A DNA stretch of 64,000 nucleotides from Armatimonadota bacterium (GCA_041690135.1 JAWLHY010000001.1:1120001-1184000), one strand, 5' to 3'. Shown: positions 28,721 through 38,398, numbered from the stretch's first letter. A program made the numbers and translations. Notes: generated by a model from the sequence alone, not told the origin.

Positions 28721-29266
28721 ATGCGTAAAGGCTCGACACCACTCGGGAGTTTGGGTATGGTCCCCGCGGGGACGTGGTCACTCATTCTTCCTTTAGCTGC
28801 GTATCTCGCCGGCAACGTCGTCGTATCGGCGCCGGTAGCCGCAGCACCCAAGGCGTCCAGCAAAGCGTCGCTGACTTCATCGCAGCGGGAGGCGCTCCAG
28901 AGACGTCAGAAGTGGCTTCGCTCGTCCGAGCGGTTGAAAACCGCCGCGAAAGCCACCGAGCCGAAGGCTAAGAAGGTCATCCACACCCGTGCCACCTGGT
29001 ACGGCCCCGGCTTCCACGGACGCCGGACGGCCTCGGGAGAACGATTCAACCGGCACGCCATGACTCTCGCCAGTCGCCATCTGCCCATGGGCACCCGCGT
29101 ACGGGTCGTCAATCCCAAAACGGGTCGCTCCGCCATTGCTCGCGTCAACGACCGCGGACCGTTTGGGCTCCGCGGGGTTACCGTAGACCTGAGCCAGGGC
29201 TTGGCGCGGAAGATCGGGTTGGGCGGAACCGGCCCAGTAAAAATCGAAGTGCTGGCGAAGCGCTAG
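28721..29266 (+). CDS. rlpA: RlpA-family septal lytic transglycosylase (DPBB domain)
   Basis: ATWYGPGFHGRRTASGERF, LPMGTRVRV, RVNDRGPF; AAGGAGG RBS before ATG 28721. Confidence 0.88.
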   Translation: MRKGSTPLGSLGMVPAGTWSLILPLAAYLAGNVVVSAPVAAAPKASSKASLTSSQREALQRRQKWLRSSERLKTAAKATEPKAKKVIHTRATWYGPGFHGRRTASGERFNRHAMTLASRHLPMGTRVRVVNPKTGRSAIARVNDRGPFGLRGVTVDLSQGLARKIGLGGTGPVKIEVLAKR

Positions 29267-29428
29267 GACGCGCAGCAGCGCCGGAGCACGGAACACACTA
29301 CTCAGGGAACACACCGCAACCGAGAGGCCGGGCGTACACCGCGTACGCCCGGCCTCTCGACGTACGGGCTCTTCCACGATTGACGCCCCCCTACCCCGTT
29401 GTTAAGATGTCCCGAGGAGCAAACCCCG

Positions 29429-30841
29429 GTGAGTGACAATCCCCAGGCCCTGCTGCGCCAGATCCCCAAGATCGATCGGATCCTGCTTGATCCCGAGTTG
29501 ACCGCACTTGCCGAGCGCTGCGGCCAAGGTCTGGTCACGCGCAGCGCGCGGGAAGCGGCAGAGGCCTTGCGCTCCGCCCTGCTTGAGGGCCGATACGCCC
29601 CCCATTCCGGAAACGGCGACCTTCTGGCGATGCTCCGGGCGGACGTGGTCCGCCGGGTGGAGCGGGCCAGCCGTCCGACCTTACGACGCGCCATCAATGC
29701 CACCGGCGTGGTGCTCCACACCGGACTGGGACGGGCGGTGCTCTCGGAGGTCGCGGCCCAGGCGGTTCACGAGGCAGCTCGCAGCCATTCCCTGCTGGAA
29801 GTCGACGCCGAAACCGGGGAACGTGGCAGTCGCCTCCAGCACATTGCCGCACTCGTGCGCGAGTTGACGGGGGCCGAGGATGCGCTCATCGTCAACAATA
29901 ATGCCGCCGCCGTCTTCTTGGCGATCAGCGCCCTCGCCGCCGGCAAGGAAGTGGTAATCGCCCGCGGTCAACTGGTGGAGATCGGCGGCTCCTTCCGTAT
30001 TCCCGATGTGATCCGCTCGGCCGGGGCCCGGCTGGTGGAAGTCGGCACCACGAATAAGGTCCGACTCTCCGACTACGCCGACGCGGTCACTCCGGATACT
30101 GCCCTGCTGCTGCGGGTTCATCCCAGCAACTTCCGGATCGTGGGCTTCACGGAGGAGCCCGCCCTGGAAGAGATGACGGCCCTGGGGCGCGAGCTCGGAA
30201 TCCCGGTGATGGACGATCTGGGTAGCGGCGCGTTGATCGATCTCTCCCGTTATGGGCTGGTGGCCGAGCCCACCGTGCACGCCAGCGTGGCGGCCCAGGC
30301 CGAAGTGGTCACGTTCAGCGGCGACAAGCTCCTCGGTGGAACGCAGGCGGGGTTGGTGATCGGCCGGAAAGACTTCCTCACCCGGATGAAGCGGCATCCC
30401 TTAATGCGGGTACTGCGGGTGGACAAGCTGACCCTGGCCGGCATGGAAGCCACCCTGCGGATGTACCGGGATGAGGCCACTGCCCTGCGGGAGAACCCCA
30501 CCCTGGCCGCCCTGACCGCGCACCGCGACGACCTCCGGGCCCGTGCGGAAGCCCTGGCGGCGCACCTGCAGGGTTGTGAGGCGGAGGTTGTGCTGGAGAG
30601 TGGAATCTCGCAGGTCGGGGGCGGCTCCCTTCCCGGCGAAGAGCTCCCCACCACCCTCGTCTCCCTGTCGCCGCACACGCTTTCCGCCGCGGAGTTGTCG
30701 CGCCGGCTGCGCGTCGGCGATCCCAGCATCTGGGGGCGGGTCCAGCGGGAGCGTTTCCTTCTCGATTTGCGGACCGTGCGTCCGGATGAAATCACGGAGC
30801 TGGCTACGGGAATCCGTTCCGCCCTGGCGGGCAGCAGTTAG
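29429..30841 (+). CDS. selA: L-seryl-tRNA(Sec) selenium transferase
   Basis: INATGVVLHTGLGRA, VNNNAAAV, GQLVEIGGSFRIPD, EVGTTN, HPSNF, DLGSG, FSGDKLLGG; start GTG 29429 estimated. Confidence 0.97.
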   Translation: MSDNPQALLRQIPKIDRILLDPELTALAERCGQGLVTRSAREAAEALRSALLEGRYAPHSGNGDLLAMLRADVVRRVERASRPTLRRAINATGVVLHTGLGRAVLSEVAAQAVHEAARSHSLLEVDAETGERGSRLQHIAALVRELTGAEDALIVNNNAAAVFLAISALAAGKEVVIARGQLVEIGGSFRIPDVIRSAGARLVEVGTTNKVRLSDYADAVTPDTALLLRVHPSNFRIVGFTEEPALEEMTALGRELGIPVMDDLGSGALIDLSRYGLVAEPTVHASVAAQAEVVTFSGDKLLGGTQAGLVIGRKDFLTRMKRHPLMRVLRVDKLTLAGMEATLRMYRDEATALRENPTLAALTAHRDDLRARAEALAAHLQGCEAEVVLESGISQVGGGSLPGEELPTTLVSLSPHTLSAAELSRRLRVGDPSIWGRVQRERFLLDLRTVRPDEITELATGIRSALAGSS

Positions 30842-30867
30842 CTCACTTCCACTGATGAGGACAGGCC

Positions 30868-31908
30868 ATGTCGATTCGACTGACCGATACGGTCAAGTGC
30901 GGCGGTTGAGCATCTAAAGCGTCCGCACAGGACCTGGCGCAGGTGCTGCGTCAATTGCCGAAACATGTCAGTGATAAGATCCTCGTCGGGCTCGAAACCC
31001 CCGACGATGCCGGCGTGTACCGGCTGAGCGACCAGCACGCGCTGATCCAGACGCTCGACTTCTTCACGCCCATCGTGGACGACCCCTACGATTACGGCCA
31101 GATCGCGGCGGCCAACTCGCTTTCGGACGTGTATGCCATGGGCGGCGTGCCCCTCACGGCGATGAACATCGTCTGCTTCCCCATGGAGGCCTGTCCGCAG
31201 GAGTGGCTGGTGGAGATCCTGCGCGGCGGCCTGGACAAGGTGACCGAAAGCGGCGCCCTGCTGCTGGGCGGGCATACGGTCAACGATGAAACGATCAAGT
31301 TCGGCTTGAGCGTGACCGGCCTCGCCCACCCCACCGAGATCGTGGCCACGAAGGGAGCCCGGCCGGGAGACGTCCTGGTGCTGACCAAGTACGTAGGAAG
31401 CGGCCTGGTAACAACGGCGCTCAAGAGGCAAACTGCGTCGGCGGAGGACGTTGAAGCGGCCGTGCGGTCCATGAAGACCCTCAACGCCGCGGCGGCCCGC
31501 GCTATGGCGAAAACCGGAGTGCACGCGGCCACCGATATCACCGGCTTTGGCTTCTTCGGTCACCTCTTCGAAATGCTGGATCAAAGCGGGGTCTCGGCGG
31601 AGATCGAAACGGGGAGCATTCCCTTCCTTCCCGGCGCATTGGACTACGCTCGCGACGGGGTTAACACGGGCGGCGGAAGAGCCAATGCAGCCTTCCTGGG
31701 GGATCGGGTCCGGTTCGATGTGGGAATTCCGGAAGAAGTGCGGATCGCCTGTTTCGACCCGCAGACCTCAGGCGGCCTCCTCATCGCTGTCGCCCCCGAG
31801 CGCGAAGCCGAGCTTCTCGACCGCCTGGAAGAGGAAGGCGCACCCGTGCGAGCGGTCGTGGGACGGGTGGTGGAGGGGCCAGCCGGCACGATCTTGGGCG
31901 TCGATTAG
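30868..31908 (+). CDS. selD: Selenide, water dikinase SelD, selenoprotein with in-frame UGA (Sec) at 30907-30909
   Basis: GAGGA RBS and ATG 30868 give MSIRLTDTVKCGG-U-ASKASAQDLAQV, in frame with the 30943 ORF (DDAGVY, DFFTPIVDDP, AANSLSDVYAMGG, GGHT, TDITGFG, DPQTSGGLL). Confidence 0.95.
30919..30939 (+). promoter_or_regulatory. Putative bacterial SECIS hairpin in selD
   Basis: GTCC-GCACA-GGAC hairpin starting 11 nt after the UGA, with G as the first loop base. Confidence 0.55.
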
Positions 31909-31969
31909 GGGCCGTTACGGGTACGGCCCCGGTGGGGGCTAAAGTTTGGCCGGACGGGATCTGGATTGC

Positions 31970-32005
31970 AGGTTGGAAGGTTGAAGGTTGAAGGTTGAAG
32001 GTTGG
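31970..32005. repeat. (AAGGTTG)n short tandem repeat
   Basis: AGGTTGGAAGGTTGAAGGTTGAAGGTTGAAGGTTGG; same family as the reverse-oriented tandem at 17269-17299. Confidence 0.8.
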
Positions 32006-32204
32006 GAACGCTAGCAGCCGTCTTTGGGCTGGTAGTCTGAGCGTCGCCATTTTGCTGCGGCACAGAGGTCCGGGATTCGGAAACGGTGGTCGCAAGGGGG
32101 ACCGGACTTCGTCCGGACTCCCACCCCGCGCAATGGAGTGTGGGGCGCCTGGTTGCGGTCACGGACGATGGACCCACTCCAGTGGTGAAAGCAGATCCAG
32201 ATAC

Positions 32205-32233
32205 TGGACTTCGGCCCGCGGAACCGGTATACT
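32205..32233 (+). promoter_or_regulatory. Sigma70-type promoter for tRNA-Sec
   Basis: TGGACT-N17-TATACT about 30 nt upstream of the tRNA. Confidence 0.6.
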
Positions 32234-32264
32234 GCGCAGGCAGTTAAGTGCTGCAGGCCGTTGG

Positions 32265-32363
32265 GGGGGTGGCTCGGGTCTGGTGGCTCGCCAGGGCTTC
32301 AAACCCTCGTGGGAGGCAGTTGATCCTGTCTTCGGTGGGTTCGATTCCCACACACTCCCGCCA
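32265..32363 (+). tRNA. selC: tRNA-Sec (anticodon UCA)
   Basis: 99 nt; 6-bp D-stem with TGGT loop; anticodon loop CTTCAAA (TCA at 32299-32301); long variable arm; GTGGG-TTCGATT-CCCAC T-arm; G discriminator and encoded CCA. Confidence 0.96.
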
Positions 32364-32385
32364 AATCCGGACTGCAAGCAAACTC

Positions 32386-32414
32386 TTGACAGGCACCAGG
32401 GCGGTTGGTATAAT
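32386..32414 (+). promoter_or_regulatory. Consensus sigma70 promoter for tRNA-Ala
   Basis: Perfect TTGACA-N17-TATAAT. Confidence 0.85.
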
Positions 32415-32433
32415 CCGCAGCGTTGAGAGACGC

Positions 32434-32506
32434 GGGGCAGTAGCTCAGCTGGGAGAGCATTACGCTGGCAGCGTAAGGGTCAGGGGTTCGAATCCCCTCT
32501 GCTCCA
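32434..32506 (+). tRNA. tRNA-Ala (anticodon GGC)
   Basis: GGGGCAG/CTGCTCC acceptor with G3:U70; TTACG-CTGGCAG-CGTAA anticodon arm; GGTTCGAATCC; CCA not encoded. Confidence 0.97.
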
Positions 32507-32509
32507 TAA

Positions 32510-32545
32510 AAGCCTCCGGGTGCGAAGGAACCGCCCCGGAGGCTT
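32510..32545 (+). terminator. Hairpin after tRNA-Ala
   Basis: AAGCCTCCGGG...CCCGGAGGCTT followed by ATTCGTTT. Confidence 0.6.
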
Positions 32546-32660
32546 ATTCGTTTAAAGGAGTGGCCGCTCACAGCCTCCGGGCCACTCCCGAGGCTTCTTT
32601 CCCGCCCCGGCCGGTCTCTGCCGACCGATGTTTTACCCAAGCGCCGAAAGAAGACACCGC

Positions 32661-33383
32661 GTGTCTAGATTTTCACAGGCCGTCCGCCGCACTGCCGCGC
32701 TGGTGGGGTGCCTCGGCTCCTTGCTGCTCGCCGCGCCGCTGGCCGGTTATGCCCAGTCCCCGCCGCCGGCCACTGCCGGTCAGGTTCCGACGCGCCAGTT
32801 GATCGATGTGGCCGTCACCATCATCTCCACCGGAACGGCTCCGGACGAGATCTCCATTGCCTACGGCGCTCCGACCGCGGAAGAACAGATCAAGCAGGAT
32901 TTCCAGGTCATTGCCAGTGAACTCGCAACTGCGGCGCCACCGGTGAATGTCCAGCGGGATGAGTCCTCTGGCTTCACCACCGGTGATGCCCGTATTCCGG
33001 GTCTGGTCAACTGGAAGGCGGGGACCGTCAACCTCGATGCCCTGGTGCAGGCGCTCAAGCGTTACGGGCATTTTCGGGTGCTTTGCTTCTTCCAGGGCAA
33101 CTTCCCCATGCCGACGCCCGGGCAGATCGTGCGCCCACCTCTCCGGATCGAGACGGCCGTCAGCGGCGGGCTCGTCGATTATCGCGTCTGGATCGATCAG
33201 AGCCGCGGCGTACCGAAGTCGCTCCCTTCAGTGAAGGGGAATTCGGGTCCGGACTGGAAGTTGATGCTGGGATTGGCGGCCCTGGCCATCGTGGCGGCCG
33301 CCGGTGTGTTCCTGATCGTTAACGTGATACTTGCCCAGCGCCAGCCCAAGCTGGCTTCTCGGGCCCGTGAGGAGAAGTCCTGA
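32661..33383 (+). CDS. Hypothetical exported protein with C-terminal membrane anchor
   Basis: Signal peptide and a C-terminal TM; stop abuts the pilT ATG; start GTG estimated. Confidence 0.7.
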   Translation: MSRFSQAVRRTAALVGCLGSLLLAAPLAGYAQSPPPATAGQVPTRQLIDVAVTIISTGTAPDEISIAYGAPTAEEQIKQDFQVIASELATAAPPVNVQRDESSGFTTGDARIPGLVNWKAGTVNLDALVQALKRYGHFRVLCFFQGNFPMPTPGQIVRPPLRIETAVSGGLVDYRVWIDQSRGVPKSLPSVKGNSGPDWKLMLGLAALAIVAAAGVFLIVNVILAQRQPKLASRAREEKS

Positions 33384-34451
33384 ATGGCGAGTCTACAGAT
33401 TGACGACGTGCTGTTGAAAGCTCACGAGCTCCGGGTTTCGGACGTTTTCTTCAAAGACAACGTGCCCCCCGTCTACCGGCTCCACGGCAAGATCACGCGC
33501 TCCGAGTTCCCACTGCTCAACGGCGAGGAGATCCGACGGCTGGCTTACTCGCTGATGACGCCGCAGCAGATCCAGCGGTTCGAACAGCGCCGTGAAATGG
33601 ACCTCGGGTTCAGCCGTCCCTTCTCCCGCTTCCGCGGCAACGTCTACATGCAGAAGGGCACGGTCGGGATGGTAATCCGACTGATTCCCCTGTCGATGCC
33701 GCACCTGGACGAGCTGGGGATGCCCCCGGTGCTGAAGGAGCTGCCCAAGCAGAAGATGGGCCTCATCATGGTTACCGGGCCCACCGGTTCCGGGAAGTCC
33801 ACCACCCTCGCGGCGATGCTGAACCAGATCAATGAGACGATGCCGAAGAACATCGTCACCATTGAAGACCCGATCGAATTTGTCCACCAGGACAAGATGG
33901 GCATCGTCAACCAGCGCGAGGTCGGCATTGATACGGAGTCGTTCCAGTCCGGCCTGAAGTACGTGCTGCGCCAGGCGCCCGACATCATCCTCATCGGGGA
34001 GCTTCGGGACGTGGAAACGTTTGGCATCTGTCTCCAGGCGGCGGAAACCGGTCACCTGGTGTTCTCCACGGTGCACACCGCCAGCGCCTACGAGACCATG
34101 GACCGCATCATCAACATGTTCCCGCCGCACGACAAGCAGCAGATTTGTATGCGCCTCTCCAACTCCCTCCGGGGTATCGTTTCGCAGAAGTTGGTGCCGC
34201 GCTCCGACGGTTCCGGACGCGTGGCCGGCGTGGAGACGCTCATCAACACGCCGACCATTGCGAAGTTGATCGAAGAAGGCAAGTTCGGCTCGATTTACCA
34301 GCACATCTCGGAAGGTGACTACTGGGGCATGCAGACGATGAACCAGTGCCTCCTGCGGTATTACCGCGCGGGGCTCATCTCGGAAGAGGATGCGCTCACT
34401 TTCGCGGGCAACGCTACCGAACTGCGACAGATGATGCGCCGCCCGGCCTGA
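33384..34451 (+). CDS. pilT: Type IV pilus retraction ATPase (PilT/PilU family)
   Basis: GPTGSGKST Walker A, TIEDPIEF, QREVG, LRQAPDIILIGELRD, AAETGHLVFSTVHT, GMQTM. Confidence 0.93.
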   Translation: MASLQIDDVLLKAHELRVSDVFFKDNVPPVYRLHGKITRSEFPLLNGEEIRRLAYSLMTPQQIQRFEQRREMDLGFSRPFSRFRGNVYMQKGTVGMVIRLIPLSMPHLDELGMPPVLKELPKQKMGLIMVTGPTGSGKSTTLAAMLNQINETMPKNIVTIEDPIEFVHQDKMGIVNQREVGIDTESFQSGLKYVLRQAPDIILIGELRDVETFGICLQAAETGHLVFSTVHTASAYETMDRIINMFPPHDKQQICMRLSNSLRGIVSQKLVPRSDGSGRVAGVETLINTPTIAKLIEEGKFGSIYQHISEGDYWGMQTMNQCLLRYYRAGLISEEDALTFAGNATELRQMMRRPA

Positions 34452-34503
34452 TCCGCCGGTTGGGGAAACCTCCGGTCCCTGTGCAACTGTTTCAACGCCG
34501 TCG

Positions 34504-34552
34504 GGAAAGCCGGGGTGCTCTGCCGCAAAGCAGTGTTCTCCCGGCTTTTTCC
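34504..34552 (+). terminator. Probable intrinsic terminator after pilT
   Basis: AAAGCCGGG...CCCGGCTTTTT. Confidence 0.55.
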
Positions 34553-34709
34553 GGGCCAGGGCGGATTTCCCGGCACGGGGTTGCTCGCCCGAGGAGGAGC
34601 GCAGCTCGCGACTGGTGTATACTGGTAACATGGTTTGCGCCCGGGCTGGCGCCTGCCGGGGAAGTACCGCTGCAGGCCCCCGGCGTGCGGGCCTAAGGAG
34701 AAGCATTCA

Positions 34710-35132
34710 ATGAATCGTCTCGTTCGCCTGGCGGCATCCATCGTGGCCGCCGGCGCAGTTATCACCTCGCTGCTGGCTGGACTTCCCGCCGTCGCGCAGA
34801 GTGAGCCAACGCCGCTGATCGTGGGTCAGACCCTGGTCGCGACCCTTCGGGAAGGGGATCGTCTCAATGGTCAGGAGTGGACCATCCAGGAGCGGATCAA
34901 CCACGTCCACGACTACATCGCTCAGCACCTGGGCGGTCAGACCGCCAAGGTCACTACCAAGAAGTGGGGCGAGCGCACGCACCTGTACGTGAACGGCGAC
35001 TTCGTGCTGGCCGTGACACCCGCGGACGCTCAGGCGACCGGTTACAAGGCGACAGAGCAGCTCGCCAAAATCTGGCAGGCGAACCTCAGTCGTGCACTCA
35101 ACCAGGCTGGAGCCCGCTCCACCGGACGCTGA
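34710..35132 (+). CDS. Hypothetical secreted protein
   Basis: AAGGAG RBS, signal peptide; VNGDFVLAVTPADA...LAKIWQANL. Confidence 0.75.
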   Translation: MNRLVRLAASIVAAGAVITSLLAGLPAVAQSEPTPLIVGQTLVATLREGDRLNGQEWTIQERINHVHDYIAQHLGGQTAKVTTKKWGERTHLYVNGDFVLAVTPADAQATGYKATEQLAKIWQANLSRALNQAGARSTGR

Positions 35133-35166
35133 TCCGGAACGGGCCGCGGCTCGTAAAGCAACATGT

Positions 35167-35209
35167 CAACAACCCCCTCGTCCTCCCGCAGAGCGCGAGG
35201 GGGTTGTTG
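35167..35209. terminator. Terminator-like inverted repeat
   Basis: Perfect 14-bp CAACAACCCCCTCG / CGAGGGGGTTGTTG. Confidence 0.5.
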
Positions 35210-35288
35210 TATCCGGGGCTGCACGCCGTCTTGTTCAAGACCTTGAGGGCGTGACGCTCCAGGCATGAATGGAAAAGAAGGAACGACC

Positions 35289-35831
35289 ATGATCCGCAAG
35301 ATACCTATCTGGGCAGCCCTTGCCGCCTGCGTCGCCTCGTTCGCCGCGGGGGCCTTTGCCTTTTCCGGGGGCATCGCTTCCGCGCAAGGCGGCGAGAAGG
35401 GTCCCGGCACGGAAGCTCCACCGGCGAAAGAATATTCCTACTTGCCTCCGCAGTATGGTGGAGCGCACATCCCGACCGTGGCCGAGTGGCAGGCCCTCCG
35501 GTTGACGGCGATGGGAGCCGGGCGGCTCGGGTTGACGAAGTACTTCTCGCGGAATCAGATGACTGCTCAGGTGGGTCCAGACCGTCTGGAGTTGACTTGC
35601 AACATGGTCCCACTTGCGGCGTGGAAGCACTCGCTCCCCGGCGGGAAATTCAACGTGCCGAACGAGCAGGTCGCGCCGGCGATCACAGAGGCGGTGAAGG
35701 TCGCCATCGGAGACGCACGGTACTTCTTCCCCGAGGTGCAGGAGAAGGACGTGCGGGTGCGCCTCTATATCGAGGGCAACAGCATCGGCGTCTACGAAGC
35801 GGGAACCCTGAAGCTGAACCCCCAGAAGTAA
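35289..35831 (+). CDS. Hypothetical secreted protein
   Basis: AAGGA RBS and signal peptide; TAATG overlap with the next gene. Confidence 0.7.
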   Translation: MIRKIPIWAALAACVASFAAGAFAFSGGIASAQGGEKGPGTEAPPAKEYSYLPPQYGGAHIPTVAEWQALRLTAMGAGRLGLTKYFSRNQMTAQVGPDRLELTCNMVPLAAWKHSLPGGKFNVPNEQVAPAITEAVKVAIGDARYFFPEVQEKDVRVRLYIEGNSIGVYEAGTLKLNPQK

Positions 35832-36835
35832 TGGCGGATTACTACGCGGACATCGAGGAAGTCGTCGTCGACACGTTCGAACGATGGGACGTGACGCGGA
35901 TCGGCTTCTCCTGGCGCAAATACTACCTGGACCACACGCGCCAGGTGCAGAGCCTGGCGCTGCGGATGGCGCGGGATCTGGGTGCGGACCCGGAGCAGCT
36001 CCGATATGCGGCAATCCTCCACGACATCACTAAGCGGTACGACGGCGCGATCTTGAAGGACGCCGAGGGCAAAAACGTTCTCGACGCGGAAGGTTTCTGG
36101 CTCAACGAGACCGTCCGCCCCCATCGCCACAACTGGGTCACCGAGACCTACGATCGGCTGGAGCTGCACGGCAAAATCCACCACGTCTCCGGCGCCATTC
36201 TGGCGGAGCACGTACTTCGCGAGTTCGACTTCCCGGAAAGTTTCGTCCGGCCGGTGGGTAAAGTCGTGGCCGGTCACCTGAAGGGGAAAGTGCCCCCGGA
36301 AGTGATGGACGAGCGGTATCGTGAGGTGGAGGTTCGCATCCTGTACGACGCGGATACCATCGATCCCAACGTCGGGCTGACGGCCTTCTACCGCAACATC
36401 CAGATCAACGCCGGTTTCGCCCTGGAGCGGGGCGAGCCGATGGACCTGCGCCGGTACGTGACGAGCAACATCCCTCGCTGGATCGCGATGAAGGACAGCT
36501 TCCGCGATCAGATGCTGACGGAGCGGGGCCGTGAGATCTGCGACGAACGCCAGCAGCGCAACCGCGTGATTGCCGCGCAACTGGAAGCGGAACTGGAGAA
36601 CGAGCCGGTCAACCGCAGGTATGGCCTCCTCGGCACCCTGGAGTACCTCTTCACGAACCCCGAAGACCCCAGCCTTCACGAGCATGCCGGCGGCCTGCGC
36701 GACGAGTGGCTGCCGCATCGGGAAACCCTCCTGGCGTCCGAGAACGAGCTGGAGCGTGACGCCTCCGGTGAGGCGCTCGCCCGGAGCCGAGAGTTCATCC
36801 ACCTCCTTCACGGCGAGATCACGGGCGAGTTGTAG
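35831..36835 (+). CDS. HD-domain metal-dependent phosphohydrolase
   Basis: DHTRQV...AAILHDITK...HHVSGA...ILYDADTID; true start ATG 35831. Confidence 0.88.
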   Translation: MADYYADIEEVVVDTFERWDVTRIGFSWRKYYLDHTRQVQSLALRMARDLGADPEQLRYAAILHDITKRYDGAILKDAEGKNVLDAEGFWLNETVRPHRHNWVTETYDRLELHGKIHHVSGAILAEHVLREFDFPESFVRPVGKVVAGHLKGKVPPEVMDERYREVEVRILYDADTIDPNVGLTAFYRNIQINAGFALERGEPMDLRRYVTSNIPRWIAMKDSFRDQMLTERGREICDERQQRNRVIAAQLEAELENEPVNRRYGLLGTLEYLFTNPEDPSLHEHAGGLRDEWLPHRETLLASENELERDASGEALARSREFIHLLHGEITGEL

Positions 36836-36869
36836 GAGCCTTCCCCGAATTGCTAAAGTGCCCTGTGGT

Positions 36870-38189
36870 CTAGCGAAGAAGAATTTCGCCGGCAACGAGA
36901 TCTCGCCCCGGACGCGGGTCGGTATCATAGCCGGCACTCTTGCGCCCTCCCCCATCCTCGCGGTCCAGCCCGTAACTGTACAGTAGGTAAGGGAAGCGCG
37001 TTGTTGGCGATTTCCATGTCCGGGGATACCGGTAGGACATGGGCTTATCGGACATCGGGTCGATCAGCTGCGACTTCGACACGCGGCAGTGCAACTCCGA
37101 CAGTGCTTTCGGATAGGCGCCGGTAGCGCGCCGGTGCTCCTGGATGGCGAGTTCGACCCTGAGCAACTGCAACTGCGTCCGACAGGCCGGAAGGTGCTCC
37201 AGTTCCGTCCACGTCCAACCGGATAGGAACCCGCGCGCTAGGGGATCGGTCGCCGGGGCGGGGTGCCGGCGTTGGGAGGACGGCTTTTGCAGTTCCCGTC
37301 TCTGGACTTCCGAACGGTCATCCACCTGCGCGTAGACGACCGGCCGGGGATAGAGGAATTTGAGCAGTCCGACCATCGGCTCTTCGGCTGAAGGAGGGAG
37401 CCGGACTTTCCAGCTCCGAACCCAGTCGGTGTAGGGCTCGTCGTGTTCGAGCCACGATGCTACGTCTCTCATCCGACCCGCCCGCAACCTGGGGTGCAGG
37501 TCCGACTCGGTGGGAAATGCGGCGATAACCACGTCCAATGCGTTTCCGACCGCCTGGGCTTCCAAGGCGGAAAGCTGCGGGATGAAATGCTCCGCCATCA
37601 AGGCGCCCGCCAAAGCGGTACTGAGCCCTTGCTGTTGGGGCGCAGCATGTCCCTTGCGCGCGATCTTTCCCCCGATTTCGATGAGCTCCAGGCATCGGCG
37701 AAGACCCTCCCCCCAGTTCTCCTCGTAGAAGTGCGCTTTGATCTGGGCGTTCTGCCAGGCTCGTGCCGAGACCCAGGAATAGAGCTCCATCTCGGACGGG
37801 TACGGACGGGCGGTCGGAAAAGGCGCGTGCTCGCGCATCAGGCGGGAAAGCCGAGCCAGGGGCGCGCGCCGGGGCGGAAGGCTGTGTGCCAGCTTCCGGG
37901 CGTCAGCGGCATCGGTCTGGGGATCCAGCCAGCGGTCGGATGCCGCGGGGCGGTCTCCCAACTCCGCGAGCAGGCTCCCCAACTCTCCCATTTTCGGGTC
38001 GGGCAGAGGCGCAGGGATGGAGCGGGACAGCGCAGGCGGAGCGTGGGCCCACGCGAGGTACCCTCCGGCAGCGGCAACTATTCCAAAGCCGGCTCCCAGC
38101 GCGGCGAGCAGCATCCAGCGCCGGTCGGTGCGTGCCCGGCGCGACGTGCTGCCGAGGGTTGGGTCAAGGGGCTCAACGCTCTGGTCCAT
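36870..38189 (-). CDS. Hypothetical membrane-anchored protein with pseudopilin-G-like C-terminus
   Basis: N-terminal TM; C-terminal LAIQEHRRATGAYPKALSEL...DPMSDKPMSYR...LLYSYGLDREDGGG; start uncertain. Confidence 0.65.
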   Translation of the reverse strand: MDQSVEPLDPTLGSTSRRARTDRRWMLLAALGAGFGIVAAAGGYLAWAHAPPALSRSIPAPLPDPKMGELGSLLAELGDRPAASDRWLDPQTDAADARKLAHSLPPRRAPLARLSRLMREHAPFPTARPYPSEMELYSWVSARAWQNAQIKAHFYEENWGEGLRRCLELIEIGGKIARKGHAAPQQQGLSTALAGALMAEHFIPQLSALEAQAVGNALDVVIAAFPTESDLHPRLRAGRMRDVASWLEHDEPYTDWVRSWKVRLPPSAEEPMVGLLKFLYPRPVVYAQVDDRSEVQRRELQKPSSQRRHPAPATDPLARGFLSGWTWTELEHLPACRTQLQLLRVELAIQEHRRATGAYPKALSELHCRVSKSQLIDPMSDKPMSYRYPRTWKSPTTRFPYLLYSYGLDREDGGGRKSAGYDTDPRPGRDLVAGEILLR

Positions 38190-38398
38190 GTTATCCAGAG
38201 ACGAAGAGCCGGATCCGCCGGTTACGGGATCCTTACTCCAACCTTCAAGCATCAAACCAATACAGACGGCAAAGGCCATTGCAGACAGGGCAAAGCAAGC
38301 GACCGTCCCTGCGAGGAGGGGTAAAGCCCAGCCGACTTCCCAGACCACCACCGCCACAAATCCGAAGCACAGCCACTCTGACTCCGCACCCCAGGACC

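Noticed and set aside
32265-32600. tRNA genes as an integration site for an island
   Set aside because: No integrase, and I saw no duplicated tRNA 3' end in the window.
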